A stretch of 37,001 nucleotides of DNA from a virus. Its lineage: Duplodnaviria > Caudoviricetes. Made by a program: the position numbers and the translations under genes. The DNA is taken from positions 1 through 37,001 of the IMG/VR virus record IMGVR_UViG_3300012348_000089. One strand, given 5' to 3'. Below are positions 9,876 through 18,280 of the stretch, piece by piece. The notes beneath the pieces were generated by a model. The model was not told the DNA's origin. It made no database searches and was given only the letters and a program-made list of their open reading frames with translations. Position 1 is the stretch's first letter. Every line of letters begins with the position of its first letter.

Positions 9876-10454
9876 ATGAGCAGCAATACATTACTTATAA
9901 AGGTTCAGCAAATAAAGGATAGGACTTCTTTACATTCAAACGTGGATGAAAAGATGGTTAAGCCTGATATTAAATACGCTCAAGATGCTTATATCCTACC
10001 AATGTTAGGAACGGCTTTAATGCTGAAACTACAAACAGATATTGAGGGTGCAGGGGTTACGGGTAACTATGAAACTTTATTAAATGATTACATTGTTGAT
10101 GCTTTGGTTTATCACACGTTGGCGGAATCGCCAATGACTTTATCGTATCAACTTTACAATAAAGGGGCGGTTAGAAAAACGGGGGTTGACACAGATACGC
10201 CAAACGTTAACGAGGTTATTCAGTTAGCGGACAAATACCGTAAACGTGCAGAATGGTACACACAAAGACTTGCAGACTACCTATTGGAGAATCACGAACT
10301 GTTTACCGAATATGACAATCCAGGAACGGGCATTGATGTATTTATTCCTGAGGTTGCTCAGTATAATACGCCGTTCTTTTTGGGTGACGATTGCAAATGT
10401 ACTGATGGCAGTTTTGATGTAGCACCAAGTAAATATAAAAAAGGATGCAGATGA
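9876..10454 (+). CDS. head-tail adaptor (probable)
   Basis: 192 aa helical protein following the portal; AQDAYILPMLG motif. Confidence 0.6.
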   Translation: MSSNTLLIKVQQIKDRTSLHSNVDEKMVKPDIKYAQDAYILPMLGTALMLKLQTDIEGAGVTGNYETLLNDYIVDALVYHTLAESPMTLSYQLYNKGAVRKTGVDTDTPNVNEVIQLADKYRKRAEWYTQRLADYLLENHELFTEYDNPGTGIDVFIPEVAQYNTPFFLGDDCKCTDGSFDVAPSKYKKGCR

Positions 10455-10591
10455 GCAATAAGACTTATCATTTAAAGAATCAGGAAAAGTTAGCAAAGTT
10501 TATAGAACAACAAAAAAAGCAGAATGAGCCTAACGTTAAATCAAATAGTAGCAAGAATAAAAGCAATAGCAGAGGCTCACGAACAAATTAA
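10451..10591 (+). CDS. possible small protein (46 aa)
   Basis: ATGA overlap with the adaptor stop; MSNKTYHLKNQEKLAKFIEQ...; overlaps the next gene. Confidence 0.3.
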   Translation: MSNKTYHLKNQEKLAKFIEQQKKQNEPNVKSNSSKNKSNSRGSRTN

Positions 10592-10994
10592 TACGTTTGT
10601 CTTTGGCGACTTAGACGAAGTTTTGCGTAGTGAGGTTGTTTATCCTGCTTGTTTTATGCCTTACCCTAGAGAGCGCGGTAATGGCAGCGATTTGCTTATG
10701 AGTTGCACTTTATTTTTTATGGATAGGGTTATTGTCGGCGGCGGCGAAATAGACAAAACATTTAATGAATTAGAAGTTACTAGCGATATGCGAGAGGTTG
10801 CTAAAGATATTTACGCTCAACTTCGCTACCAAAAGTTTGACCCACGTTGGAATGTTCAAACGGACTTCGCTATTAACCTAGCCAACGAAGCACAACCTGA
10901 TTATTTAGCAGGGGCGCAGTTAGAATTTACTATTAAATTACCGTACAATACAGATAGATGTAGCGTACCAACAACTTACACGTATGGCAATTGA
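10524..10994 (+). CDS. tail terminator protein (probable)
   Basis: 156 aa; VVYPACFM motif, size and position. Confidence 0.55.
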   Translation: MSLTLNQIVARIKAIAEAHEQINTFVFGDLDEVLRSEVVYPACFMPYPRERGNGSDLLMSCTLFFMDRVIVGGGEIDKTFNELEVTSDMREVAKDIYAQLRYQKFDPRWNVQTDFAINLANEAQPDYLAGAQLEFTIKLPYNTDRCSVPTTYTYGN

Positions 10995-11358
10995 TAAACG
11001 GATAGACCAACTTGCAGCAGCCGTACCTGAGTTATCAGACCTATTGGCATTGTACGACCTTAGCAATCCAGGCACTAAAAAGATTGCTATTAGTCAACTT
11101 GTTTCATTGATTAGCCTTGCAAACGGGGTAACAACCATTTGGGCAACCGCTACGGATAGTAACACTTTTTATGACGCACGGCTAATTGGCAGAGCAGTTA
11201 GATTGGTTTTACTAGGCGGAATTGGATCAGGTGAAGTAATTACAACGGGTACGCCAACTGGTAATCAATTGTTATTTGACTCGGCATCAGGAACTTTAAC
11301 AAGACCAATGGGCGTAAATTTTGTAGATGGCGAAGAATTGACAATTCAATATTTATAA
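10984..11358 (+). CDS. virion structural protein (possible fibre anchor)
   Basis: KRIDQLAAA...DLLALYD...TKKIAIS N-terminus resembling fibre-attachment domains; precedes the fibre gene. Confidence 0.5.
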   Translation: MAIDKRIDQLAAAVPELSDLLALYDLSNPGTKKIAISQLVSLISLANGVTTIWATATDSNTFYDARLIGRAVRLVLLGGIGSGEVITTGTPTGNQLLFDSASGTLTRPMGVNFVDGEELTIQYL

Positions 11359-11366
11359 TATAACAT

Positions 11367-13964
11367 ATGAGATACATTTTAATACTTTTATTATTCATTT
11401 CAGGTGCAGCTTCTGCACAATTTGCGCCAACTTCGGCAAAGACTAAATTTGTGAATGGGATTGCTATTGGCAGTAGAGATACAAGCCAATTTACGGCGGC
11501 AGACACTATTGCATTAACCATTGCAAGGGATAGTGTAATGTATTACAGATATAGAGGACTTTGGCGACCTATTGCAACTGGCGGTAATCTAAGCGCATAT
11601 AAGTTGATTTCAGACACTTTGTTCAATAATGGATATACTACAAGGGCAAGACTAAAACAAGGCCTAGATAGTCTTGCAGCTACCAAAGTGAATATAAGCG
11701 ATACGGCTAGTATGTTAGCACCGTACTTTAGGGATAGCGATACAACGGGATTGTTAAACCAAGTAGTTAGAACATTTGGAACGCAGACGATAGGGGGAAA
11801 TAAAACGTTTAGCAATAACATAGTTGTAGGTATTAATACGATTGGTGCAGGGGCAGGTTCGCAATCGGTTTTATTTGGAAATTCAGCATCAGCAAATGGA
11901 ACAAGGTCGGTAGCTATTGGTGCGGAAACATTTGCAGACGGCACAAGAAATATAGCCATTGGTGCGGGTGCAAGTGGCGGTGGCTCATCTTCAAGCGATA
12001 ACACTTCAGTTGGTGCAGGTGCAGGTGCTTCGCTTGGCAATTTTAGCGGAAATACAATGATAGGAAAAGACGCTGGTAGGTTTTATGGCGGTTCTTCGTT
12101 GCCATTAGGACAAGCACAAAACAGTGTATTTGTTGGCGCAAGTACAAAGGCATTAACTAATACAGATGATAATACTATTGTAATTGGACATCAAGCAACA
12201 GGCAACGGCTCAAACACCGTAACGATAGGGAATTCAAGTGTAACAAACAACTACTTTAGCGGTAATATACGAAGCAGCAACGGTACAGCCTTCCTTAAAA
12301 ACATGGCTAACGGTAGTTCATCCGATAGCGTAATAGTTAGCAACAACGGAGAACTTAGGAAGATAGCGCAGTCAAGTATTGTCGGTAGCGGAGGTACAGT
12401 AACCAGTGTAGCAACAAATAACGGTTCGGGTATTACGGGTGGAACAATTACAAGTACGGGTACAATCGCAGCAGATACCACAATTTTAGCAACAAGGGCT
12501 TATGTAGTAGGATTAGACGTAGGTAAAGCAAATACAAGTTTAAATAACGTAAACGGCGTTTTATCTTCTACCTATGGTGGTGCGGGTTCTGTGAATGGTA
12601 TTTTAAAAGCCAATGGTTCAGGGGTGGTAAGTGCAGCAGTAGCGGGAACGGACTATGTTGCGCCAAGTGCTTTGAGTGGGTATTTGTCGTTAGCTGGTGG
12701 GCTTATGACTGGCAACGTTGTTTATAAAAATGCAGCAGGTTCTAATACAGTAAACATTGGTGCTGATGATGGTATGTATGGAGGCGCAAGTGATAACGGT
12801 GGAATTTTTATTTACGGCAATAATAAGTTTATAATTTCTACAAATTCAACAAGGCAAGTTGCGGTTGATGGTAGTGGTAATATGGGAATAGGTACGCTTA
12901 CCCCTGCATACAAATTAGACGTAGTTGGTACAGCTAACTTTACAGGCGCACTAAGCGGCACAAGTTTGTCTATGAGTGGGGCGGGGAGTTTTGGAACGAC
13001 ATTACGTATTGGTGGTGCTTTAAAATCTTGGGATGCTTTTGAACCCGCATTGCAGATAAAAACAATGGCTTTAGGGTCAAGTGGGCAAAGTAATGGTAGG
13101 ATATTTACTAATACATACTATGATGGAAACTATAGATACCAAGGAACAGGTACAGCAACTATGTACGAAGCGGATGGAGGTTTCTTTTGGAGTACAGCAG
13201 CTAGTGGTGTTGCCGATGGATTGATTAGTTGGGTTGAAAGAATGAGGCTAACAACCGCAGGCAATGTATTAATCAAAACCACCACCGACAACGGCACAGA
13301 TGCTTTGCAGGTTAATGGAAGTGGTTTATTCAATGGTCGCATCAGATTAGGTACAAATTTTATAGGGGATATTGGGAATGGTTCAGGAATACTTTTTGGA
13401 ACAACTTCACTTTTTTCAACAGATGGTAGCGACAATCGTGTACCAAAAGACTTAGGTGCATCTTCTTTACGTTGGGGTACATACTACGGTTCAGGTGGAG
13501 ATTTTAGTTCAAGCGTTACAGCTTCTTCATTAATTAAATCAGGTGGTACAAGCGCACAATTCTTAAAAGCAGACGGTAGCGTAGATGGTAGTACATATGT
13601 CAACACATCTTCCACGCAATCGGTAGGAGGGAATAAAACATTTACGAGTTCTACAGTATTTACTGGGGTTAGATTTGCGTATTCTTCTGTTTCTTCAAAT
13701 TATACCTTAACAGACAATGACGATTATATCAATGTGACATCATCTTGTACAATAACATTGCCAACGGCGGTCGGTAGAAGTGGGAAGCGTTATGTTATCA
13801 AGTGCGTAGGCACGGTAACAGCAACAATAGCGTCTACATCAAGCCAAACAATTGATGGCAATGCGGCTTCATCTTACAGCTTTGGGGGTCCAAATTTCAA
13901 TGTACTCATAGTTTATTCAGACGGCTCAAATTGGTTTACAGAAGCATTTACATCAGGTTCTTAA
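11367..13964 (+). CDS. tail-fibre/adhesin-like protein with N-terminal Sec signal peptide
   Basis: 865 aa Gly/Ser/Thr-rich; YadA-head-like SVAIG/NIAIG repeats; two TQ(T/S)(I/V)GGNKTF fibre repeats; GNMGIGT; C-terminal TITLP...TIDG...SDGSNW domain; N-terminus MRYILILLLFISGAASA-Q. Confidence 0.8.
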   Translation: MRYILILLLFISGAASAQFAPTSAKTKFVNGIAIGSRDTSQFTAADTIALTIARDSVMYYRYRGLWRPIATGGNLSAYKLISDTLFNNGYTTRARLKQGLDSLAATKVNISDTASMLAPYFRDSDTTGLLNQVVRTFGTQTIGGNKTFSNNIVVGINTIGAGAGSQSVLFGNSASANGTRSVAIGAETFADGTRNIAIGAGASGGGSSSSDNTSVGAGAGASLGNFSGNTMIGKDAGRFYGGSSLPLGQAQNSVFVGASTKALTNTDDNTIVIGHQATGNGSNTVTIGNSSVTNNYFSGNIRSSNGTAFLKNMANGSSSDSVIVSNNGELRKIAQSSIVGSGGTVTSVATNNGSGITGGTITSTGTIAADTTILATRAYVVGLDVGKANTSLNNVNGVLSSTYGGAGSVNGILKANGSGVVSAAVAGTDYVAPSALSGYLSLAGGLMTGNVVYKNAAGSNTVNIGADDGMYGGASDNGGIFIYGNNKFIISTNSTRQVAVDGSGNMGIGTLTPAYKLDVVGTANFTGALSGTSLSMSGAGSFGTTLRIGGALKSWDAFEPALQIKTMALGSSGQSNGRIFTNTYYDGNYRYQGTGTATMYEADGGFFWSTAASGVADGLISWVERMRLTTAGNVLIKTTTDNGTDALQVNGSGLFNGRIRLGTNFIGDIGNGSGILFGTTSLFSTDGSDNRVPKDLGASSLRWGTYYGSGGDFSSSVTASSLIKSGGTSAQFLKADGSVDGSTYVNTSSTQSVGGNKTFTSSTVFTGVRFAYSSVSSNYTLTDNDDYINVTSSCTITLPTAVGRSGKRYVIKCVGTVTATIASTSSQTIDGNAASSYSFGGPNFNVLIVYSDGSNWFTEAFTSGS

Positions 13965-13977
13965 AAACAAAAATTAT

Positions 13978-14307
13978 ATGAAACACCTGCTAATCATCAT
14001 CGGTTTAGCGTTCACCTTAAACGCATCAGCACAAAAGGTTGACACCGTCCGCAACGCAATCCAAGTAAAGCCAATACTATTCAATTGGATTACTAAAGAC
14101 AGCGCGTATCAAGTAACATGGGATTTATTCCAAGTAAGCAGAGATACAACGCAAGGCTGCAACTCCTACGTTCAAGTATATGACCGCAAAGGAAAGAAGT
14201 TATACGATAAAAACGTGCCAATTGATAAGATTACACTACACAGCTACCCAAAGGTAGATGCAATTGATAAATACATAGTATTCGCATTAGGATTAGAATT
14301 AAAATAA
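13978..14307 (+). CDS. secreted protein, possible fibre chaperone
   Basis: Signal peptide MKHLLIIIGLAFTLNASA-Q; directly downstream of the fibre gene. Confidence 0.6.
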   Translation: MKHLLIIIGLAFTLNASAQKVDTVRNAIQVKPILFNWITKDSAYQVTWDLFQVSRDTTQGCNSYVQVYDRKGKKLYDKNVPIDKITLHSYPKVDAIDKYIVFALGLELK

Positions 14308-14317
14308 CAGCAACACA

Positions 14318-14548
14318 ATGGAACACAACAGCCCGGGAGCAAACATAGCAGCCGCAGTAGGCGGTTCAATTTTCGCAGCGTACAGCAGCATTAAGACACT
14401 ATTCCAGCAGCCTATTAGATACAGCTATGAGATTAACTGGCCTGAAACGTTTCAGGTATGTTGGAAAGCAGCAATCGGGGCGGTTGTAGGTCTTGCAGTC
14501 AAAGCCCTTTGGGATAAATTATTTAACACTAAAACAAAAACAAAATGA
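14318..14548 (+). CDS. holin-like membrane protein
   Basis: 76 aa, two hydrophobic segments, basic C-terminus; in the lysis region. Confidence 0.5.
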   Translation: MEHNSPGANIAAAVGGSIFAAYSSIKTLFQQPIRYSYEINWPETFQVCWKAAIGAVVGLAVKALWDKLFNTKTKTK

Positions 14549-14787
14549 AAATTCCTCCTTTTATTACAGAATTAGTACAGCGTTTTGCAAAGAAGAATCC
14601 CAAATTCTTCCAAATAATTCAGGCCATCAGCGCGGCCGTTGCATTTGTGGCTTTCATACCCGATCTTGCCGCCTACCTTGAATTACCGTCACCAGCATGG
14701 TTAGAAATCTTGCACGACAAAGCTATTAAGATTGGAGCGTTAACGGCTATTATTTTGGCGCAGTTGCCGAATGAAACACAGAAATAA
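14545..14787 (+). CDS. holin-like membrane protein
   Basis: 80 aa, KNPKFFQII followed by two TM segments. Confidence 0.55.
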   Translation: MKIPPFITELVQRFAKKNPKFFQIIQAISAAVAFVAFIPDLAAYLELPSPAWLEILHDKAIKIGALTAIILAQLPNETQK

Positions 14788-14789
14788 TT

Positions 14790-14820
14790 TTGCGATATAA
14801 AATATATTGCTTAATATAGC
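14790..14820 (+). promoter_or_regulatory. putative host-type promoter
   Basis: TTGCGA-N16-TAATATAGC, like the copies at 29525 and 35616; variant of the Bacteroidota TTTG/TAnnTTTG consensus. Confidence 0.45.
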
Positions 14821-14823
14821 CAT

Positions 14824-14925
14824 ATGAAATTGAAAGATTGGCTAATACTCGCATCATACGCAACGATATTGTTGTTAGTGGGCGGCTTATTAGGAATAGT
14901 CGTTTCAATCATAGCAAATGCTTGA
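14824..14925 (+). CDS. small membrane protein (33 aa)
   Basis: MKLKDWLILASYATILLLVGGLLGIVVSIIANA. Confidence 0.5.
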   Translation: MKLKDWLILASYATILLLVGGLLGIVVSIIANA

Positions 14926-15088
14926 TTTTATATGTTATTTTGTAACACCTCTAATTATATTTAGTCAAATTTTTGCGCTATACCAATTAAGAAAATTATC
15001 AAGTATGCCATCTAAACCAACAACAACAGAAATATTATTAGGCGTATTCTTTATGTTTACGCTAACCCTTATCGTAATTAATCTATAA
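14918..15088 (+). CDS. small membrane protein (56 aa)
   Basis: MLDFICYFVTPLIIFSQIFALYQ...EILLGVFFMFTLTLIVINL; two TM segments; tiles the gap exactly. Confidence 0.5.
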   Translation: MLDFICYFVTPLIIFSQIFALYQLRKLSSMPSKPTTTEILLGVFFMFTLTLIVINL

Positions 15089-15091
15089 TTT

Positions 15092-15379
15092 ATGGCACAA
15101 TACAGAAAAAAACCAGTAGTAATTGAAGCAATTACTTTTGATGAATTAGTAAAACACGGCTTAGAAAACGGGGCAAACGTAAACAATGGTATGCCTTGGA
15201 GTTGGAACTATAAAGGGCATCCAATCACTCACGAAAATGATGAAACCTATTTAATCCCCACACTTGAAGGTACAATGGTTTTTACAAAAAACGATATGCT
15301 TATTACGGGCGTTAATGGGGAAATATATCCATGTAAAATTGACATTTTTGAAAAGACTTACGAATTAGTAAACCCATAA
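15092..15379 (+). CDS. conserved phage protein (RKKPVVIEA / TLEG / YPCK family)
   Basis: YRKKPVVIEA...IPTLEG...GEIYPCKIDIFEKTYE, a widespread phage motif. Confidence 0.75.
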   Translation: MAQYRKKPVVIEAITFDELVKHGLENGANVNNGMPWSWNYKGHPITHENDETYLIPTLEGTMVFTKNDMLITGVNGEIYPCKIDIFEKTYELVNP

Positions 15380-15382
15380 TCT

Positions 15383-15889
15383 ATGTGTAATGTCATTAAT
15401 CGCAAAGTGGCTTTTGCCGTTCTTTTATCCTTGAGCAGCGGTTGCGGTATTAAATACGCTACTAATAAAGTATTGAGTAACCCCGAAGCTATTGCAAAGG
15501 TGGGGGCGGTTTATGACAACTTAAACCCTAGAGATACTACTGAAAAACTGTTTTTTATTGCGGGGGATAGTATATTTTCAGTTACACACGATACTGCAAT
15601 TATAAAAGATTATATTTTCAATAGAGATACTATTCGCATTTCAACTGTCAAGAAAATCTTGCGGGTTGATACTATTATTCGGCAATTACCCCCCGACAAT
15701 CGTGCAATGGCTCGTCTGCTTGATTCTTTGGGCAAATACACCAACGAATTAAACCAAGCTAAGGGAAGTATTAAAGAGAAAGATAAGGGGCTTAAAACGG
15801 CTAATAATAGGCTTTTATGGATGGCTGGTATAATCTTACTGTTAGGGGTAGTTATTGGGTTGTTGTTGAGGTTTAAAGTAAAATTGTAA
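15383..15889 (+). CDS. lipoprotein with C-terminal TM segment, unimolecular-spanin-like
   Basis: Lipobox LSSG-C at residue 21, coiled coil, C-terminal TM LLWMAGIILLLGVVIGLLL; upstream of the endolysin. Confidence 0.65.
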   Translation: MCNVINRKVAFAVLLSLSSGCGIKYATNKVLSNPEAIAKVGAVYDNLNPRDTTEKLFFIAGDSIFSVTHDTAIIKDYIFNRDTIRISTVKKILRVDTIIRQLPPDNRAMARLLDSLGKYTNELNQAKGSIKEKDKGLKTANNRLLWMAGIILLLGVVIGLLLRFKVKL

Positions 15890-15890
15890 A

Positions 15891-16019
15891 ATGACAAAAT
15901 TCAGCGATATTTTAATAGGGCAGTACAAAGAACGCGGCAAGTGGCAAAGGGATTTGAACATTTACTTCAAACTAAAGCGCTACCAATATTATCATCATAC
16001 TAAATACGGCAGCAAATGA
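15891..16019 (+). CDS. small basic protein (42 aa)
   Basis: MTKFSDILIGQYKERGKWQ...; fills the gap and is ATGA-coupled to the endolysin. Confidence 0.45.
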   Translation: MTKFSDILIGQYKERGKWQRDLNIYFKLKRYQYYHHTKYGSK

Positions 16020-16558
16020 TAAACATTCCTTCATTCGTAAGGGGTTCAATACCCCGTCATATGCAAATAGCTTACTCGTTAATCGGGACAAAAGAGATTG
16101 TCGGCTCAAAACATAACAAGGTCATCCTTGATTGGGCTAAAGACTTGGGGCTTGACCGAATTTACAAAGCAGACGAAACGCCTTGGTGCGGTTTGTTTTT
16201 TGCTTATGTAATGAAAGAAGCGGGGCGAAGAGTTGACCTAAGTACCAAAGATGCGTTTGATTATTTACGAGCGTTAAAGTATCGTGATATGCCAAACGTA
16301 ACCTCTATTTCTAAAGGAGAGGAAAGGTTTGGGGATATACTTATTTTTCAGCGTCCTAGCGGGGGGCATATTGGGTTTTACTCAAGTGAAAGCGAGAACT
16401 TTTTTAACGTGCTAGGGGGTAATCAAGGAAATTCGGTTAACCTAGTTAATATACACAAAAACAGACTTGTAGCTTGTTTGCGTCCTAACTACATATCATT
16501 TAGACCGACAAAATTTATCATTGCTAGTAATGGCAGAGTAAGCACAAATGAAGCGTAA
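16016..16558 (+). CDS. endolysin, CHAP/NlpC-P60-like (TIGR02594-type)
   Basis: DETPWCGLF, GGHIGFY and LGGNQ motifs. Confidence 0.85.
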   Translation: MINIPSFVRGSIPRHMQIAYSLIGTKEIVGSKHNKVILDWAKDLGLDRIYKADETPWCGLFFAYVMKEAGRRVDLSTKDAFDYLRALKYRDMPNVTSISKGEERFGDILIFQRPSGGHIGFYSSESENFFNVLGGNQGNSVNLVNIHKNRLVACLRPNYISFRPTKFIIASNGRVSTNEA

Positions 16559-16571
16559 TTAAAACAATAAT

Positions 16572-17549
16572 ATGCAAAGACGAGGAATGAAGCCGCAGGT
16601 TAAGAGTACAACTGCAAGACAAATCGTTCAAGACTTCCCAGGGATTTCAAAAAGTGCATTAGCTGCAAAGCTATTTGACCTTTACCCTACTTTGTACAAA
16701 GACAAAGAAGAAGCTAGGTCATTTATTAGAACGGTTACGGGTGCTAATGGAAAGAATAGCGCAGTAGACATTACCGAATATTCATTACCTGAAAGCAAGG
16801 CTAAAGAAAGGGAGTTTTATCGCATTGAGCGTAACAATATACTTTGGCTGTCTGACATTCACATACCCAATCAAAACAACGAAGCGATTGAACTAGCGGT
16901 TAGCTATGGCTTAAAGCATAATGTAAACTGCATTTTACTAGGTGGCGATATAATGGATAACACGCCGTTTACGGCTCACGATGCGCCACCGCCAAGCCCG
17001 AATGATGTAAGAGATTATTTTGAAATGACGGAGCAGTTTTTAGGGTGGTTGCGGTCTAAGTTTCCTACGGCTCACATTATTTGGATAGAGGGAAACCATG
17101 ATCAATGGATGATGCGCTGGTTAATGCGTAAAGCACCCATATTATTTAATGACCCTTACTACCATTTGCCGCAAAGATTGAACTTAAAAAAGTATAATGT
17201 AGACTTCTTAGAGCAGCATATAATCGTTCAAATGGGTAAGTTATATGGCTCACATGGGCATACTATTGTTAAAGGCGTATTTGCGCCAGTAAACGCCGCT
17301 AGAGGCGCATTTGTAAAGACTAAGAGCAATTACATTATAGGTCATGTCCATTCAACTTCGCATCATGGAGAAAGCAATATTAAAGAGGATGCAATCGGTT
17401 GTTGGTCTGTTGGGTGTTTATGCGAATTGTCGCCATCATACGACCCGCATAACACTAAACATAATCTAGGGTTTGCTCGTATTATTGTTGAAGATAATGG
17501 AGATTTTACGGTAGAAAATAAGCGTATATTTAAGGGTAAGATAGTTTAA
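16572..17549 (+). CDS. calcineurin-like metallophosphoesterase
   Basis: SDIH, GGDIMD, EGNHD, SHG and GHVH motifs. Confidence 0.85.
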   Translation: MQRRGMKPQVKSTTARQIVQDFPGISKSALAAKLFDLYPTLYKDKEEARSFIRTVTGANGKNSAVDITEYSLPESKAKEREFYRIERNNILWLSDIHIPNQNNEAIELAVSYGLKHNVNCILLGGDIMDNTPFTAHDAPPPSPNDVRDYFEMTEQFLGWLRSKFPTAHIIWIEGNHDQWMMRWLMRKAPILFNDPYYHLPQRLNLKKYNVDFLEQHIIVQMGKLYGSHGHTIVKGVFAPVNAARGAFVKTKSNYIIGHVHSTSHHGESNIKEDAIGCWSVGCLCELSPSYDPHNTKHNLGFARIIVEDNGDFTVENKRIFKGKIV

Positions 17550-17690
17550 CCGCAATAGCTTAAAAAAAGAGCCGTCAATAAAACACTTAGTAAGGCGTGG
17601 CACAAGCATTGAAAAGTTGAAAGGCGGGGTTCAGGACTGAAAACACTGATTGCGTTGTGCCAAAACAAGGTTAAAGCTGACATTAGAACT

Positions 17691-17786
17691 ATGACTAAAG
17701 AAGAGATTAAAGCGGAGATTGAAAGGCACGAAAAGGAGTTATCAATACTTTACCAACAATTAAGAATGTTAATCTATGGAAGATGA
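17691..17786 (+). CDS. small helical protein (31 aa)
   Basis: MTKEEIKAEIERHEKELSILYQQLRMLIYGR. Confidence 0.4.
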   Translation: MTKEEIKAEIERHEKELSILYQQLRMLIYGR

Positions 17787-18003
17787 ACCAATAGAAGAAG
17801 AAGCGGAGTTTGAAACGACTACGCAATCGGAATTAATTAGTTGCTCATTCTATGCCATATCTAGCGTTGTGGATTTGGATACCGCTATGATGGGTAAGTT
17901 AGAACAAGCTATGGTAAAGCGCATTATAAAGCGTTCTTTGCGGCTTATAGATACTTGCATTAAAGAGCTTTACGATGTAGAGTTCGGGGAAGATGGGGAA
18001 TAA
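17776..18003 (+). CDS. acidic hypothetical protein
   Basis: 75 aa ORF, last of the rightward block. Confidence 0.6.
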   Translation: MEDEPIEEEAEFETTTQSELISCSFYAISSVVDLDTAMMGKLEQAMVKRIIKRSLRLIDTCIKELYDVEFGEDGE

Positions 18004-18026
18004 AAAAAGCCCCAAACTACGGGTCT
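18002..18026 (-). terminator. terminator at the convergence of the two transcription units
   Basis: Minus strand AGACCC-loop-GGGCT followed by T7. Confidence 0.5.
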
Positions 18027-18100
18027 TCGTTATTATCTTCTCCTAAGTTAATTATACACCAACTTAAAGCGGCGTAAAATAGAATAATGCTAATTATCAT
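18017..18100 (-). CDS. membrane micro-peptide (27 aa)
   Basis: MIISIILFYAALSWCIINLGEDNNEDP. Confidence 0.4.
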   Translation of the reverse strand: MIISIILFYAALSWCIINLGEDNNEDP

Positions 18101-18176
18101 CTTCAATAGTTTGTGCGCCTTTGTAAGCGCAATAAAGGCATATTAAATAGATTGCGAGTAGTATGTAGGATAACAT
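18090..18176 (-). CDS. membrane micro-peptide (28 aa)
   Basis: MLSYILLAIYLICLYCAYKGAQTIEDDN; preceded by the AAACCTTTAAA start-region motif. Confidence 0.4.
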   Translation of the reverse strand: MLSYILLAIYLICLYCAYKGAQTIEDDN

Positions 18177-18268
18177 AAATTAAGGCTTTAAAGGTTTGGT
18201 GTATTTATTTTGTTGACAATTTAAAAAGTATATTAAACAATATTATATGCGTATTGCGTCAATCGGCG

Positions 18269-18279
18269 TGTTGGGCGCA
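18269..18279 (-). mobile_element. attC-like R'' half site
   Basis: Minus strand TGCGCCCAACA (RYYYAAC) 1 nt after the stop of ORF 18281-18553; exact reverse complement of 18562-18572. Confidence 0.55.
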
Positions 18280-18280
18280 A

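Noticed and set aside
3958-13435. Minus-strand ORFs inside structural genes (3958, 6263, 8570, 8871, 9293, 10281, 11240, 11543, 12251, 13130)
   Set aside because: Antisense shadows of long, well-supported plus-strand genes, with no motifs
11367-13964. Diversity-generating retroelement target
   Set aside because: No reverse transcriptase gene and no template/variable repeat pair seen
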